A stretch of DNA of 54,395 bases, from positions 1 to 54,395 of the forward strand of contig SKYF01000046.1 of assembly GCA_007128005.1 (NCBI GenBank). The letters are read 5' to 3'. The notes under the pieces were generated by a model. The model worked only from the letters and a program-made list of their open reading frames with translations, was not told where the DNA came from and ran no database searches. Both the position numbers and the translations under genes were made by a program. Source of the DNA: Bdellovibrionales bacterium (GTDB lineage: Bacteria > Bdellovibrionota > Bdellovibrionia > Bdellovibrionales > UBA1609). How positions within the stretch are numbered: position 1 is the first letter of the stretch; each line of letters begins with the position of its first letter. Of this stretch, positions 43,636 to 52,688 are shown piece by piece.

Positions 43636-44798
43636 ATCTCTCCCCTTGTTAGCGGTGTCTCTGAACTCTGAGTCATGTGGGTATCAACAACCTCAAGACC
43701 AAAGGCCTTGAGCCCCACTCGCTTGGCAGAGCTACTGGTCAGCAGACGAATTTTGCCCAAGCCCAAGGCCCGCAAAATCTGTGCACCCACACCATAATCC
43801 CGCTCATCCGACTGAAAGGGTCTGGTGAGCTCTTCAGGGGGCTCTACTCCCAGCTGCCTTTGTCTGTATGAGAAAACTCTCTCCCTGAGCCGCCCCGCCA
43901 TGTCCTCCAGGCGAAGGTAGAGCAGCACTCCGCGCCCCTCTCGGTCGATTTCAGCCAAGGAGGCCTTGAGAGCCTCTCCGCTGTGGGTATAGAGGCTCCC
44001 AAACACATCGCCCAAAACACATTCACTGTGAACGCGAACCAAGATGGGCTCATCTCTTTCAATCTCTCCCTTGACCACTGCCAAGTGCTCCCGCCCATCC
44101 AAATGGTTGAGAAAAACCCTCACTTCAAAGCCCTGCCCATAAACTGAGGGCAGAGGGGCACGGGCGACTTCTTCTACAAAGCTCTCCGTCTGCAGACGGT
44201 GTTTGATCAGCTCTTCAATACTGCCGATTTTGATCCCATGACGTTGACCAAACTCCCGCAGTTGAGGCAGTCGGGCCATGGTTCCATCCGGGTTCATAAT
44301 CTCACAGATCACTGCTGAGGGGCTCAGCCCAGCCATGCGCACCAAGTCCACACTGGCCTCAGTGTGGCCGGCTCTCTTCAAGACCCCTCCATCCTGAGCG
44401 CGAATGGGAAAAACATGGCCAGGAGTGATAATATCCTTGGCTTGAGCCACAGGATTGGATGCCACCTTAATGGTCAAAGCTCGGTCTGCGGCCGAAATTC
44501 CTGTGGAGACTCCTTGAGCGGCTTCAATGCTCACCGTAAAAGCCGTGCGATTGGGAGCCCTGTTGTGATCTTCTTTGACCATCAAGGGTAGGCCCAAGCG
44601 GTTGATCTGCTCCCCCGTCATGGCCAGGCAGATCAAGCCCCGGGCTTCACAGGCCATAAAGTTGACCATTTGCGGGGTCACAAAGTCTGCGGCCACCACC
44701 AAATCCCCTTCATTTTCTCGGTCCTCATCGTCAATCAGAATGACCATACGACCGGCCTTGATGTCTTCAATAAGCTCTAATGTGGAGTTTAGTTTCAA
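43629..44798 (-). CDS. ribB: DHBP synthase fused to a degenerate GTP cyclohydrolase II domain (RibBX-like)
   Basis: RibB motifs DDEDRENEGD, TGISAADR, PGHVFP, RAGHTEA and ICEI are intact; the GCH II domain lacks two Zn-ligand cysteines. Start probably TTG 44798. Confidence 0.88.
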   Translation of the reverse strand: MKLNSTLELIEDIKAGRMVILIDDEDRENEGDLVVAADFVTPQMVNFMACEARGLICLAMTGEQINRLGLPLMVKEDHNRAPNRTAFTVSIEAAQGVSTGISAADRALTIKVASNPVAQAKDIITPGHVFPIRAQDGGVLKRAGHTEASVDLVRMAGLSPSAVICEIMNPDGTMARLPQLREFGQRHGIKIGSIEELIKHRLQTESFVEEVARAPLPSVYGQGFEVRVFLNHLDGREHLAVVKGEIERDEPILVRVHSECVLGDVFGSLYTHSGEALKASLAEIDREGRGVLLYLRLEDMAGRLRERVFSYRQRQLGVEPPEELTRPFQSDERDYGVGAQILRALGLGKIRLLTSSSAKRVGLKAFGLEVVDTHMTQSSETPLTRGEMC

Positions 44799-44815
44799 AC
44801 CTCTAATCCTCTCTG

Positions 44816-45448
44816 TTAGTCCTGCCTTGAAAGCTGCTGCCAATGCCACAGAGCCCTGGCCATGGAATCGGCTTCAAGAGTGACTGGGTCTCCAGCTTGC
44901 AAGCCCCCTAAGTTCGTCCTTCTCAAAGTCTCGGGAATCAGACACACCGAAAAGACCACTTGATTGTTAGAGTAGGAGACCTGATTGACAGTCAAACTCA
45001 CACCATTGATCCCAACAGAGCCTTTTTTCCAAAGCAGGGGACTCATCTCTTCCGGGGCAACAACAACCATTTCCAGAGCCTCCCCAAGGGGACTCAGCGA
45101 GGTCACCTGTCCCATGGCATCCACATGGCCACTCAACAGATGGCCGTGGATACGGTCCCCAAAGCGCAGTGAGCGCTCCAAATTAAAACTCGGTAGAGAA
45201 GGAGAACTGTGCGAGCTTTCAACGAATTGCCCCCAACCGGTGATTTTGAGGGTTTCGGGTCCTAAGGCAAATTGCATAGTCTCCTCATCAAAGGACTCCA
45301 AGGTCAGGCAGACCCCGTTGACGGCAATACTGTCTCCAGTGCGCAAATCATCGAAGTGAGCTGGTCTCTTTAGAGAGAAAAAGGTCACCTGATTGCCCCT
45401 CTCAGACCGAATAAGGGGAGCAAAACTTTCGACTATGCCTGAGAACAT
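44816..45448 (-). CDS. ribE: Riboflavin synthase (alpha chain)
   Basis: MFSGIVE, GDSIAVNGVCLT, NLER, GHVD, KGSV.INGVSLTVN, IPET. Confidence 0.95.
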   Translation of the reverse strand: MFSGIVESFAPLIRSERGNQVTFFSLKRPAHFDDLRTGDSIAVNGVCLTLESFDEETMQFALGPETLKITGWGQFVESSHSSPSLPSFNLERSLRFGDRIHGHLLSGHVDAMGQVTSLSPLGEALEMVVVAPEEMSPLLWKKGSVGINGVSLTVNQVSYSNNQVVFSVCLIPETLRRTNLGGLQAGDPVTLEADSMARALWHWQQLSRQD

Positions 45449-45496
45449 AGGGCTCTACCTAGCCTGTTCAACGCAAAAGGTCAAGAACTAGTCCCC

Positions 45497-48085
45497 TCAG
45501 ACCTTCTGAAAGTTAATTCTGGAGTCATCTGCGCTGAACTTCAGCTGGTCTCCAGCCTGAACCTCATGGGATATCAGTGCCTTGGCCAGGGGGTTCAGCA
45601 CCTCGGTCTGAATCACCCTCTTAAGGGGTCGGGCCCCAAAAACCGGATCAAAGCCCTTTTTCCCCAGATAGAGCAGAGCCCTGTCATCAAACTCCAGATG
45701 GACCTTTTTCTCTGCCAGACGGCTTCGAACTCCGGCCAGCTGAATCTCCACGATGCCCTTCAGCTGCTCCTCTCCGAGGCTGTGAAAGATCACTGTTTCG
45801 TCGATCCGGTTGAGGAACTCGGGGCGAAAATGTGTCTTGAGAGCCTGAAACACGGCCTTTTCTTTGCCCCCCTCATCCAAGGACTCATCCATCAAGGCCT
45901 GTGACCCAATATTTGAGGTCATAATAAGCACCGTATTTTTAAAGTCCACAGTGCGCCCCTGACCATCCGTCAACCGGCCATCATCCAGCACCTGCAACAG
46001 GACGTTAAAGACATCCGGGTGGGCCTTCTCGATCTCGTCCAGAAGCACAACCGAATAGGGACGACGCCGCACACGTTCAGTGAGCTGACCACCCTCTTCA
46101 TAGCCCACATACCCAGGAGGGGCTCCAATCAACCGGGAGACAGAGTGCTTTTCCATATACTCACTCATGTCAATGCGCACAACGGCCTCTTCCGTATCGA
46201 ACAAAAAGTCCGCCAAAGCCTTCACAGTCTCTGTCTTACCCACCCCTGTGGGCCCCAGAAAAATAAAACTGCCAATGGGTCGGTTGGGATCTGAGATCTC
46301 AGCCCGGGCTCGGCGGATCGCATCTGAAACGGCCACCAGAGCATGATCCTGGCCCACGACTCGCGCCTGCAAATACTCCTCCATTTTCAACAGCTTTTCC
46401 GTCTCAGATTCCAGCATTTTCTTGACCGGAACCCCTGTCCACTTGGCCACCACCTCTGCGATCTCCTCAGGACCGACCTCTTCTTTAAGCATACGTCCTT
46501 CGGTTTCTTTATTGCTCACGGCCTGCTCGTTGTAGGCCACCAACTGCTTTTCCAGCTCAGGCAGTCTTCCATACTTGAGCTCGGCAGCCTTGCCGAGATT
46601 TCCCTCTCTCTCCGCTCGCTCAATTTCCATGCGTAAGCTGTCGATCTCCTCTTTGGTCTGCTTGAGCCCACCAATTTCCCCTTTTTCCTTTTCCCACTGA
46701 GCGCGCAACACCTTATTTTTTTCATTGAGCTCACTGAGTTCCTGGTCAATTCTCTTTAGGCGCTCTTGAGCTTCTTCACCCTTCTCTTTTTTAAGGGCCT
46801 CTTTCTCAATTTGCAGCTGGACCACCTTGCGATCGATCTCATCGATCTCGGCGGGAACGCTATTGATCTCGATGCTGAGCCGACTTGCAGCTTCATCCAT
46901 CAAATCAATGGCCTTGTCGGGCAAAAACCGCGAGGTGATATAGCGGTGAGAGAGCTTCACAGAGGCAATGATTGCCGAGTCGGTGATCCTGACTCCATGA
47001 TGAACTTCGTATTTTTCCTTTAATCCACGTAAAATTGTGATGGCATCCTCCACAGAGGGCTCCTCCACCATCACTGTCTGAAAGCGCCGCTCTAAAGCCT
47101 TGTCTTTTTCAATGTATTTGCGGTGCTCATCCAGGGTGGTGGCCCCAATGCAGCGCAGCTCCCCTCGAGCGAGGGCCGGCTTTAAAATCTGCCCCGCATC
47201 CATAGCTCCATCGCCCTTTCCAGCTCCAACCAGAGTGTGAATCTCATCAATAAACAGGATGACCTCCCCATCACTTGAGGTCACTTCCTTTACGACCGCT
47301 TTGAGCCGATCTTCAAACTCCCCACGGTACTTGGCTCCGGCAATAAGAGCCCCCATATCAAGGGCCATTAGCTTTTTTCTCAATAAAACCTGAGGAACAT
47401 CCTCATTGATAATTCGCACCGCCAGTCCCTCAGCAATGGCCGTCTTACCCACTCCAGGCTCACCAATTAAAATGGGGTTGTTTTTAGTTCGCCGGGACAG
47501 CACTTGGATGACTCGCCGGATTTCTTCATCACGCCCTACCACCGGATCCAATTTTCCCTCTTCGGCCATCTGAGTGAGGTCTCTGGCATACTTATTGAGA
47601 ACATCATATTTTCCCTCAGGATCGTCATCGGTGACCTTTTGACTTCCACGAACTTTGTTCAAAGCAGAGAGCCAGGCCTCTAAGACTATGCCCTTTTGAG
47701 TGAGCCATTTTGCCAGATCCGGATGAGCTCCCTTTAGGAGAGCAATCACAAAGTGCTCGGTGGAAATATAAGAGTCCCCAAGAGCCTTGGCCTCCTGCTC
47801 TGCCGACTGAAAGAGCTTAACCATGGCCTGAGAGGCCACCACCTGCACATCCCCCACTGTCACCTGAGGTAGCTTTTCTATTCGCCCCTCAAGCTCCTGG
47901 GCCAGCTGCAAGGGCTGAGCTCCACAAGCGGACATCAGCTGTGGCACAAGTCCATCCTTTTGAATCAACAGCTGATAAAGCAAATGCTCTGGCTCCACAG
48001 CGGTGTTTTTAAAGCTCTGAGCCTGTTCGGCCGCAGCCTGCATGGCCTCCTGACTCTTTCTGGTCATTTTCTCAATATCACGCAT
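45497..48085 (-). CDS. clpB: Chaperone ClpB
   Basis: Two AAA+ modules ([16 protein letters not shown]), GAKYRGEFE, coiled-coil M-domain with AAELKYG, GARPLKR. Start ATG 48085. Confidence 0.97.
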   Translation of the reverse strand: MRDIEKMTRKSQEAMQAAAEQAQSFKNTAVEPEHLLYQLLIQKDGLVPQLMSACGAQPLQLAQELEGRIEKLPQVTVGDVQVVASQAMVKLFQSAEQEAKALGDSYISTEHFVIALLKGAHPDLAKWLTQKGIVLEAWLSALNKVRGSQKVTDDDPEGKYDVLNKYARDLTQMAEEGKLDPVVGRDEEIRRVIQVLSRRTKNNPILIGEPGVGKTAIAEGLAVRIINEDVPQVLLRKKLMALDMGALIAGAKYRGEFEDRLKAVVKEVTSSDGEVILFIDEIHTLVGAGKGDGAMDAGQILKPALARGELRCIGATTLDEHRKYIEKDKALERRFQTVMVEEPSVEDAITILRGLKEKYEVHHGVRITDSAIIASVKLSHRYITSRFLPDKAIDLMDEAASRLSIEINSVPAEIDEIDRKVVQLQIEKEALKKEKGEEAQERLKRIDQELSELNEKNKVLRAQWEKEKGEIGGLKQTKEEIDSLRMEIERAEREGNLGKAAELKYGRLPELEKQLVAYNEQAVSNKETEGRMLKEEVGPEEIAEVVAKWTGVPVKKMLESETEKLLKMEEYLQARVVGQDHALVAVSDAIRRARAEISDPNRPIGSFIFLGPTGVGKTETVKALADFLFDTEEAVVRIDMSEYMEKHSVSRLIGAPPGYVGYEEGGQLTERVRRRPYSVVLLDEIEKAHPDVFNVLLQVLDDGRLTDGQGRTVDFKNTVLIMTSNIGSQALMDESLDEGGKEKAVFQALKTHFRPEFLNRIDETVIFHSLGEEQLKGIVEIQLAGVRSRLAEKKVHLEFDDRALLYLGKKGFDPVFGARPLKRVIQTEVLNPLAKALISHEVQAGDQLKFSADDSRINFQKV

Positions 48086-48174
48086 AAAACCCTCATTTAG
48101 CTGCCGCAGAAGCAAAAAATCACTTGGTTAAAACAACTTACCCCATTAATTTGAGGCCAAAAGGCGGTTTGTCA

Positions 48175-48426
48175 ATGATCAAGGGCCCCACAAAAAATCC
48201 AACCCCACCCCGCACGCGGCGGGGAGTCATCTATGATCCCATCGACCCTCGGGAGTTCAACCACATAGATTTAACTTATTGCTGTGAGCAATGCTCTCAC
48301 TTTGACCCTCGCAGTGAAACTTGCACCATTGGTTACAATGCCAGCCTTCACCGACGCCAACTTCAGCTCAAAAACTACCATCTCAATGGCCGGATGGCCT
48401 TTTGCCGCTATATGGAGATTGACTAG
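48175..48426 (+). CDS. Small cysteine-rich hypothetical protein (possible metal/Fe-S binder)
   Basis: CCEQCSHF-x6-C...FCRY; stops 3 nt before the hydrolase start. Start uncertain (48124 or 48175). Confidence 0.65.
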   Translation: MIKGPTKNPTPPRTRRGVIYDPIDPREFNHIDLTYCCEQCSHFDPRSETCTIGYNASLHRRQLQLKNYHLNGRMAFCRYMEID

Positions 48427-48429
48427 ACC

Positions 48430-49344
48430 GTGAACGGGTCTGGAGAGCTTTTTTTCTTTGGCAGCCTTGTGCTTCTTGCCCTGGCTGCTCTGCTTTGGAG
48501 CCTCTGGCTGCTCCAGAGAAAACAGCCTCCCACCCCGACCTTTTGCTCAGTAGAGATTCCCAGTGGCTTTAATCTCCACTACCAAGACATAGGTAGCGGT
48601 CCACCCATTTTATTTCTACATGGCATTGGAGCCTCCTTATTTTGCTGGAGATTGCTGCTGCCTTTTTTAAGCTCCAAGTACCGCCTGATCCTGCTGGACC
48701 TACCCGGCTTTGGCAAAAGCGACAAACCCACGGGGGCCGACTATGGCCTAGAGGCCCAGTGCCAGCGCCTGAGGGAGTTTCTTGACCAACTTGATCTTCA
48801 GCGGGTGTTTTTGGTGGGAAGCTCCATGGGGGGAACATTGGCCCTTTGGCTGAGCCTTAGGGAGCCGGAGCGCTGTAAAAAACTTGTCACCATCTCTCCA
48901 GCCACAGACCCCAGTCTTGTACCCCGAGGCATTCATCGCCTGGCTCGTTTGAGCTCACCTCTCAGTCGAACCACGAGGCGCTGGGTGATCCACCAGGCCC
49001 TGAGGCGAGTTGTGCTCCACCATCAGAAGCTGTCTCCAGAGGACGTAGACCAGTACTGGGCTCCATATAAACGGAACCCTGCTGCTGTCAGAACCTTCTT
49101 GCTGGCTACCCAAGCCATCTCAGACTCTCGACTCCCCCATGAGTTGTCTCTACTCTCTGTGCCCACACTTATTTTATGGGGAGAAAAAGATAAAATGGTC
49201 CCCCAAAAAAGTATGGATCAACTCAAGGCGACCTTACCAAAGGCAACTCTACTCTGCCACTCAAAGGCTGGCCACCACGTTCAAGAGGATCAACCTGAAT
49301 GGACAGCCTATCACATCGACCAGTTTTTCCAGTCCTCCGTCTAA
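48430..49344 (+). CDS. Membrane-anchored alpha/beta-fold hydrolase
   Basis: N-terminal TM helix, FLHG, DLPGFGKS, nucleophile elbow GSSMGG, WGEKD, AGHH. Confidence 0.92.
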   Translation: MNGSGELFFFGSLVLLALAALLWSLWLLQRKQPPTPTFCSVEIPSGFNLHYQDIGSGPPILFLHGIGASLFCWRLLLPFLSSKYRLILLDLPGFGKSDKPTGADYGLEAQCQRLREFLDQLDLQRVFLVGSSMGGTLALWLSLREPERCKKLVTISPATDPSLVPRGIHRLARLSSPLSRTTRRWVIHQALRRVVLHHQKLSPEDVDQYWAPYKRNPAAVRTFLLATQAISDSRLPHELSLLSVPTLILWGEKDKMVPQKSMDQLKATLPKATLLCHSKAGHHVQEDQPEWTAYHIDQFFQSSV

Positions 49345-49576
49345 GGCTTCCTCCAGACAATGGCCCAACTTTTTAAGCAATAGGTCCGAATTGGCCTGTG
49401 GTCCTGTCAAGATTCCTATACCGCTCCCGAAAGGTAAGGTGTTCGAAGGAACAGCTTGAAGAAACATAGAGAGTGAGAGCTCTCTTCAGTTAAAGAAAGG
49501 AGGGAATCAGGGAAGACAAAAAGTACAGGGAGAACTTATTTAACAGTAAGTTTTATAAGTACAAACCTTTTTAATA

Positions 49577-49603
49577 TTTAACTTAAGGCTTGGATGCCGA
49601 CCC
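49577..49603 (+). promoter_or_regulatory. Possible sigma28 (FliA) promoter of flagellin
   Basis: TTTAACTT-N11-GCCGACCC versus consensus TAAAGTTT-N11-GCCGATAA; partial match only. Confidence 0.4.
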
Positions 49604-49652
49604 CGCAAACACCAACGAGTGAACTGGGGTTTAACAAGGAGGAGGTATTGAA

Positions 49653-49679
49653 ATGACAATTTTTAACAATGGAGGATAA
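49653..49679 (+). CDS. Putative 8-aa leader peptide MTIFNNGG upstream of flagellin
   Basis: AAGGAGGAGGT SD ends 6 nt before ATG 49653; the last codons GGA GGA TAA contain the flagellin SD and stop 2 nt before its ATG. Confidence 0.45.
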   Translation: MTIFNNGG

Positions 49680-49681
49680 CC

Positions 49682-50515
49682 ATGGGAATGAGAGTTTCAA
49701 CAAATGTGGCCGCTATCAATGCTCAACGGAACTTGGTCAGCAGCCAAATCAACATCGGCAACAGTATGGCAAAACTTGCCAGTGGAAGCCGAATCAACAA
49801 AGCCGCAGACGACGCTGCTGGTCTGGCCATCTCCGAAAACTTAAAGGCTCAGATTCGTTCAGCTCGTCAAGCCAACCGCAACGCCAACGACGGAATCTCG
49901 ATGGTCCAGACTGCAGAGGGTGGACTGAACGAGATCGGCAACATCATCACTCGCCTGCGCGAGCTGGGGATTCAGGCCGCTTCCGACACTGTTAGCAACA
50001 CCGAGCGGGAGTTCATCGACAAAGAAGTTCAACAGTTGAAGTCTGAGGTTCAGCGTATTGCCTCTGTGACAACTTGGGGAACCACCAAACTTCTCGATGG
50101 CTCTACTCCCCGCTTTGACTTCCAAGTGGGCATCTACAACAACGACTTTGAGGACAGAATCTCTTTTGATGCTGCGAGCAACGTGGCCACTCTGGACGCC
50201 TTGGGACTAGCCAATGTGGACTACAGAAGCAAAGCCGGTGCTCAAACCGCCCTTGAGAGATTGGATGACGCTCAAGTTCAAGTTAACAGCATGCGCTCAG
50301 ACCTTGGTGCTCTGCAAAACAGGCTGCTCTCTACTGTCAACAACCTTCTGGTCACTGAAGAGAACATGGCTGCTGCCAACAGCCGGATCCGCGACACTGA
50401 TGTGGCTGAGGCCTCGGCTGAACTGACCAGAAACAGCATCTTGCTTCAGGCCAGCACCAGCACCCTGGCCCAGGCCAACCAAGTGAACAACTTGGCCCTG
50501 AGCCTGATTGGCTAA
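49682..50515 (+). CDS. fliC: Flagellin (short, 277 aa)
   Basis: LASGSRINKAADDAAGLAI, NANDGISMVQTAEG, RSDLGALQNRL, SRIRDTD, LAQAN. Confidence 0.97.
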   Translation: MGMRVSTNVAAINAQRNLVSSQINIGNSMAKLASGSRINKAADDAAGLAISENLKAQIRSARQANRNANDGISMVQTAEGGLNEIGNIITRLRELGIQAASDTVSNTEREFIDKEVQQLKSEVQRIASVTTWGTTKLLDGSTPRFDFQVGIYNNDFEDRISFDAASNVATLDALGLANVDYRSKAGAQTALERLDDAQVQVNSMRSDLGALQNRLLSTVNNLLVTEENMAAANSRIRDTDVAEASAELTRNSILLQASTSTLAQANQVNNLALSLIG

Positions 50516-50568
50516 TAGGCACTTGATCTGCTCATAAGCCAATTCAGTAAAAGTGAAATAGATCTTTT

Positions 50569-50600
50569 GGCCCGGAAGAAGTTCCGGGCCTGTTTTTTTT
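50569..50600 (+). terminator. Rho-independent terminator of flagellin
   Basis: GGCCCGGAA-GAAG-TTCCGGGCC followed by TGTTTTTTTT. Confidence 0.9.
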
Positions 50601-50696
50601 AAAATTTGCTAGGCAAGTCCCTCGAATCTCAGTACGATTTTGCTGTCAAGCACTCAAATTATCATTTTGAGATCTAACTCACCACAGGGGGCCTTT

Positions 50697-51395
50697 ATGG
50701 CAAAAGCAAAGAAAAAGAAGACGAAAGCAACCACTAAAAAAACTGCCAAGAAAAAAGTTACCAAAAAGAAAGCGAGTAAGAAGAAAGCAGCCACCAAAAA
50801 GTCTGCCAGCAAAAAGAGCACTCAGAAAAAGAAGAAGGCTGTGAAGAAGGCGACCACCAAAAAGGCGACAAAAAAAACGACAGCTAAGAAGGCCACCAAG
50901 AAAGCAGCGAAGAAAGCCACCGCTAAAAAGGCGACCAAAAAGAAAGTGACTAAAAAAAAGGCCGCTAAAAAGCCCACCACCAAGAAGGCGACAAAAAAGG
51001 CAACAAAAAAGGCGACAGCAAAGAAATCCGCGGCCAAAAAAGTAAGTCGGCCCAAGGCCGGTCTGCAGAAGCCAAAGGTCCCCTCTCTTAAGGAGATTAT
51101 GGAAACTCCTCAGGAGAGCAAGGGTTTTACCAATAACCCCTTTGCCACAGCACCTCTGGCCGGCATCGTTGGAGCAGCCACTTCAGGAATGGCCTCCCCT
51201 GCCGAAGACTTGGAGTTTGAAAACGAGGATGCAGAGGGCCTGGAAGACGAGTTGACTGAGTTCCAAAGTCTAGAGGAGAGCATTGACAAGGACCTTGAAA
51301 CCCTAGACGACTACCATGAGCCAGAAATGGAGAGTTTCGAAGATCTAGAGGATCTTGACGACGACGAAGACGAAGAGGGAGAGGGCTACTTTTAA
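50697..51395 (+). CDS. Histone-H1-like Lys/Ala/Thr-repeat protein with acidic C-terminal tail
   Basis: About 120 residues of KKATKK/KKAAKK-like repeats, then a Glu/Asp-rich tail ending GEGYF; ATG at 50697; own terminator. Confidence 0.8.
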   Translation: MAKAKKKKTKATTKKTAKKKVTKKKASKKKAATKKSASKKSTQKKKKAVKKATTKKATKKTTAKKATKKAAKKATAKKATKKKVTKKKAAKKPTTKKATKKATKKATAKKSAAKKVSRPKAGLQKPKVPSLKEIMETPQESKGFTNNPFATAPLAGIVGAATSGMASPAEDLEFENEDAEGLEDELTEFQSLEESIDKDLETLDDYHEPEMESFEDLEDLDDDEDEEGEGYF

Positions 51396-51419
51396 GTCCA
51401 ATACAGAGTCTTCTAATAG

Positions 51420-51453
51420 AGAGCGAGCTCATAATTTTGAGCTCGCTTTTTTT
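51420..51453. terminator. Terminator hairpin between convergent genes
   Basis: AGAGCGAGCTC-ATAATTTT-GAGCTCGCTTT with a T-run on the + strand. Confidence 0.85.
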
Positions 51454-52520
51454 TAAGCCTTTGGCTTGGAGTGGACTGCGTAGCGCTCAAATTCTCCATA
51501 CTCGTGCAGCTTATTGTAGAGAGTCTTGATTGTGATCCCTAAGGCATTGGCCGCCTGAGTTTTATTTCCATCAAAATAGCCCAGGGCTTTCAGAATGTAG
51601 CGCTTCTCCAGCTCATGTAGGCTCAAAGTGGGATCGTAATCATCGATGATGATTTTATTGTCGGGGTTACGAATATGCTCTGGCAGATCTCCGGGCATAA
51701 TCATCTGTCCCTCAGCCAAAATCTGCAGTCGCTCACAGACGTTTTGGAGCTCCCGAATGTTTCCCGGCCAATCGTAGCGCATCAAGATCTTCATGGCCTC
51801 TTCGCTCATCTGTCGAGACTTCTGGGCCTGGCCATGGGAGTTCTGGGCCAGAAAATGCTCTACCAAAATCTGAATGTCCTCTTTGCGACGTCGTAGGGGA
51901 GGAGAGTGAATCATGATGGTGTTGATCCGGTAAAAGAGGTCCTCACGAAAGTTTCCTCTCATCACCTCTTTATCAAGCTCCTTATTGGTGGCACTGATCA
52001 GGCGAATATCCACCTTGATGGGCTCTTTTCCACCCACGCGGAAAATCTCTCCCTCTTGCAAAAAGCGCAACAACTTCGCCTGAATTCCGGGGCTCATCTC
52101 GCCAATTTCATCCAGGAAAAGGGTTCCACCATTGGCCGCTTCTGCCAAGCCGATTTTGCGGTTGTAGGCTCCTGTAAAAGCACCCTTTTCGTGTCCAAAG
52201 AGCTCACTCTCTAATAGAGTCTCTCTCAAAGCCCCACAGTTGATGGCCACAAAGGGCTTGTTGCGCCGATGGCTGCGCTGGTGAATGGCATGGGCAATGA
52301 GCTCCTTGCCGGTCCCACTCTCACCTAAGACCAGAACTGTGGCATTTGAAGGCGCAACTCGATCCACCATACGCATCAGCTGGCGCATCACCTCAGATTT
52401 ATATACAATGGCTTTATCATCGAGAGACCTGTTCAGGGCCGCCACACCGGGAAGAGTCTCGCTCTCACTGGCGGCGGGGACATTGGAAGGGAGATAGTTT
52501 GGTTTTTCCATTTCTGTCAT
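51453..52520 (-). CDS. Sigma54-dependent Fis-family activator without N-terminal sensory domain
   Basis: [64 protein letters not shown]; only about 35 aa precede the AAA+ domain. Confidence 0.92.
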   Translation of the reverse strand: MTEMEKPNYLPSNVPAASESETLPGVAALNRSLDDKAIVYKSEVMRQLMRMVDRVAPSNATVLVLGESGTGKELIAHAIHQRSHRRNKPFVAINCGALRETLLESELFGHEKGAFTGAYNRKIGLAEAANGGTLFLDEIGEMSPGIQAKLLRFLQEGEIFRVGGKEPIKVDIRLISATNKELDKEVMRGNFREDLFYRINTIMIHSPPLRRRKEDIQILVEHFLAQNSHGQAQKSRQMSEEAMKILMRYDWPGNIRELQNVCERLQILAEGQMIMPGDLPEHIRNPDNKIIIDDYDPTLSLHELEKRYILKALGYFDGNKTQAANALGITIKTLYNKLHEYGEFERYAVHSKPKA

Positions 52521-52688
52521 ACGTACAGCCCTTTACTCAGCTAGTAGGTTATTCAAAAACTCTGAAACAGCTTCATAGCTGTCTCATAACGAAACGTGTC
52601 AATAACACGGTGTTCTACCAGATGCTTTGTTTTTATGCAAGTTTTTTTTGCAAAGCGCCATGTAGTTATTTTACAGGCTTAAAAGGGG

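Noticed and set aside
45449-45496. FMN riboswitch expected upstream of the rib genes
   Set aside because: Gap after clpB is only 48 bp and lacks the RFN consensus.
49261-49467. 68-aa minus-strand ORF between the hydrolase and flagellin
   Set aside because: Overlaps the hydrolase 3' end, lacks an RBS and has no recognisable motif.
50822-51055. Hydrophobic Phe/Ala/Val-rich minus-strand ORF
   Set aside because: Simply the antisense reading of the Lys/Ala/Thr repeat gene.
52635-52662. Possible sigma54 promoter (TGGC...TTGC) on the minus strand
   Set aside because: GG and GC are not separated by the required 10 nt.
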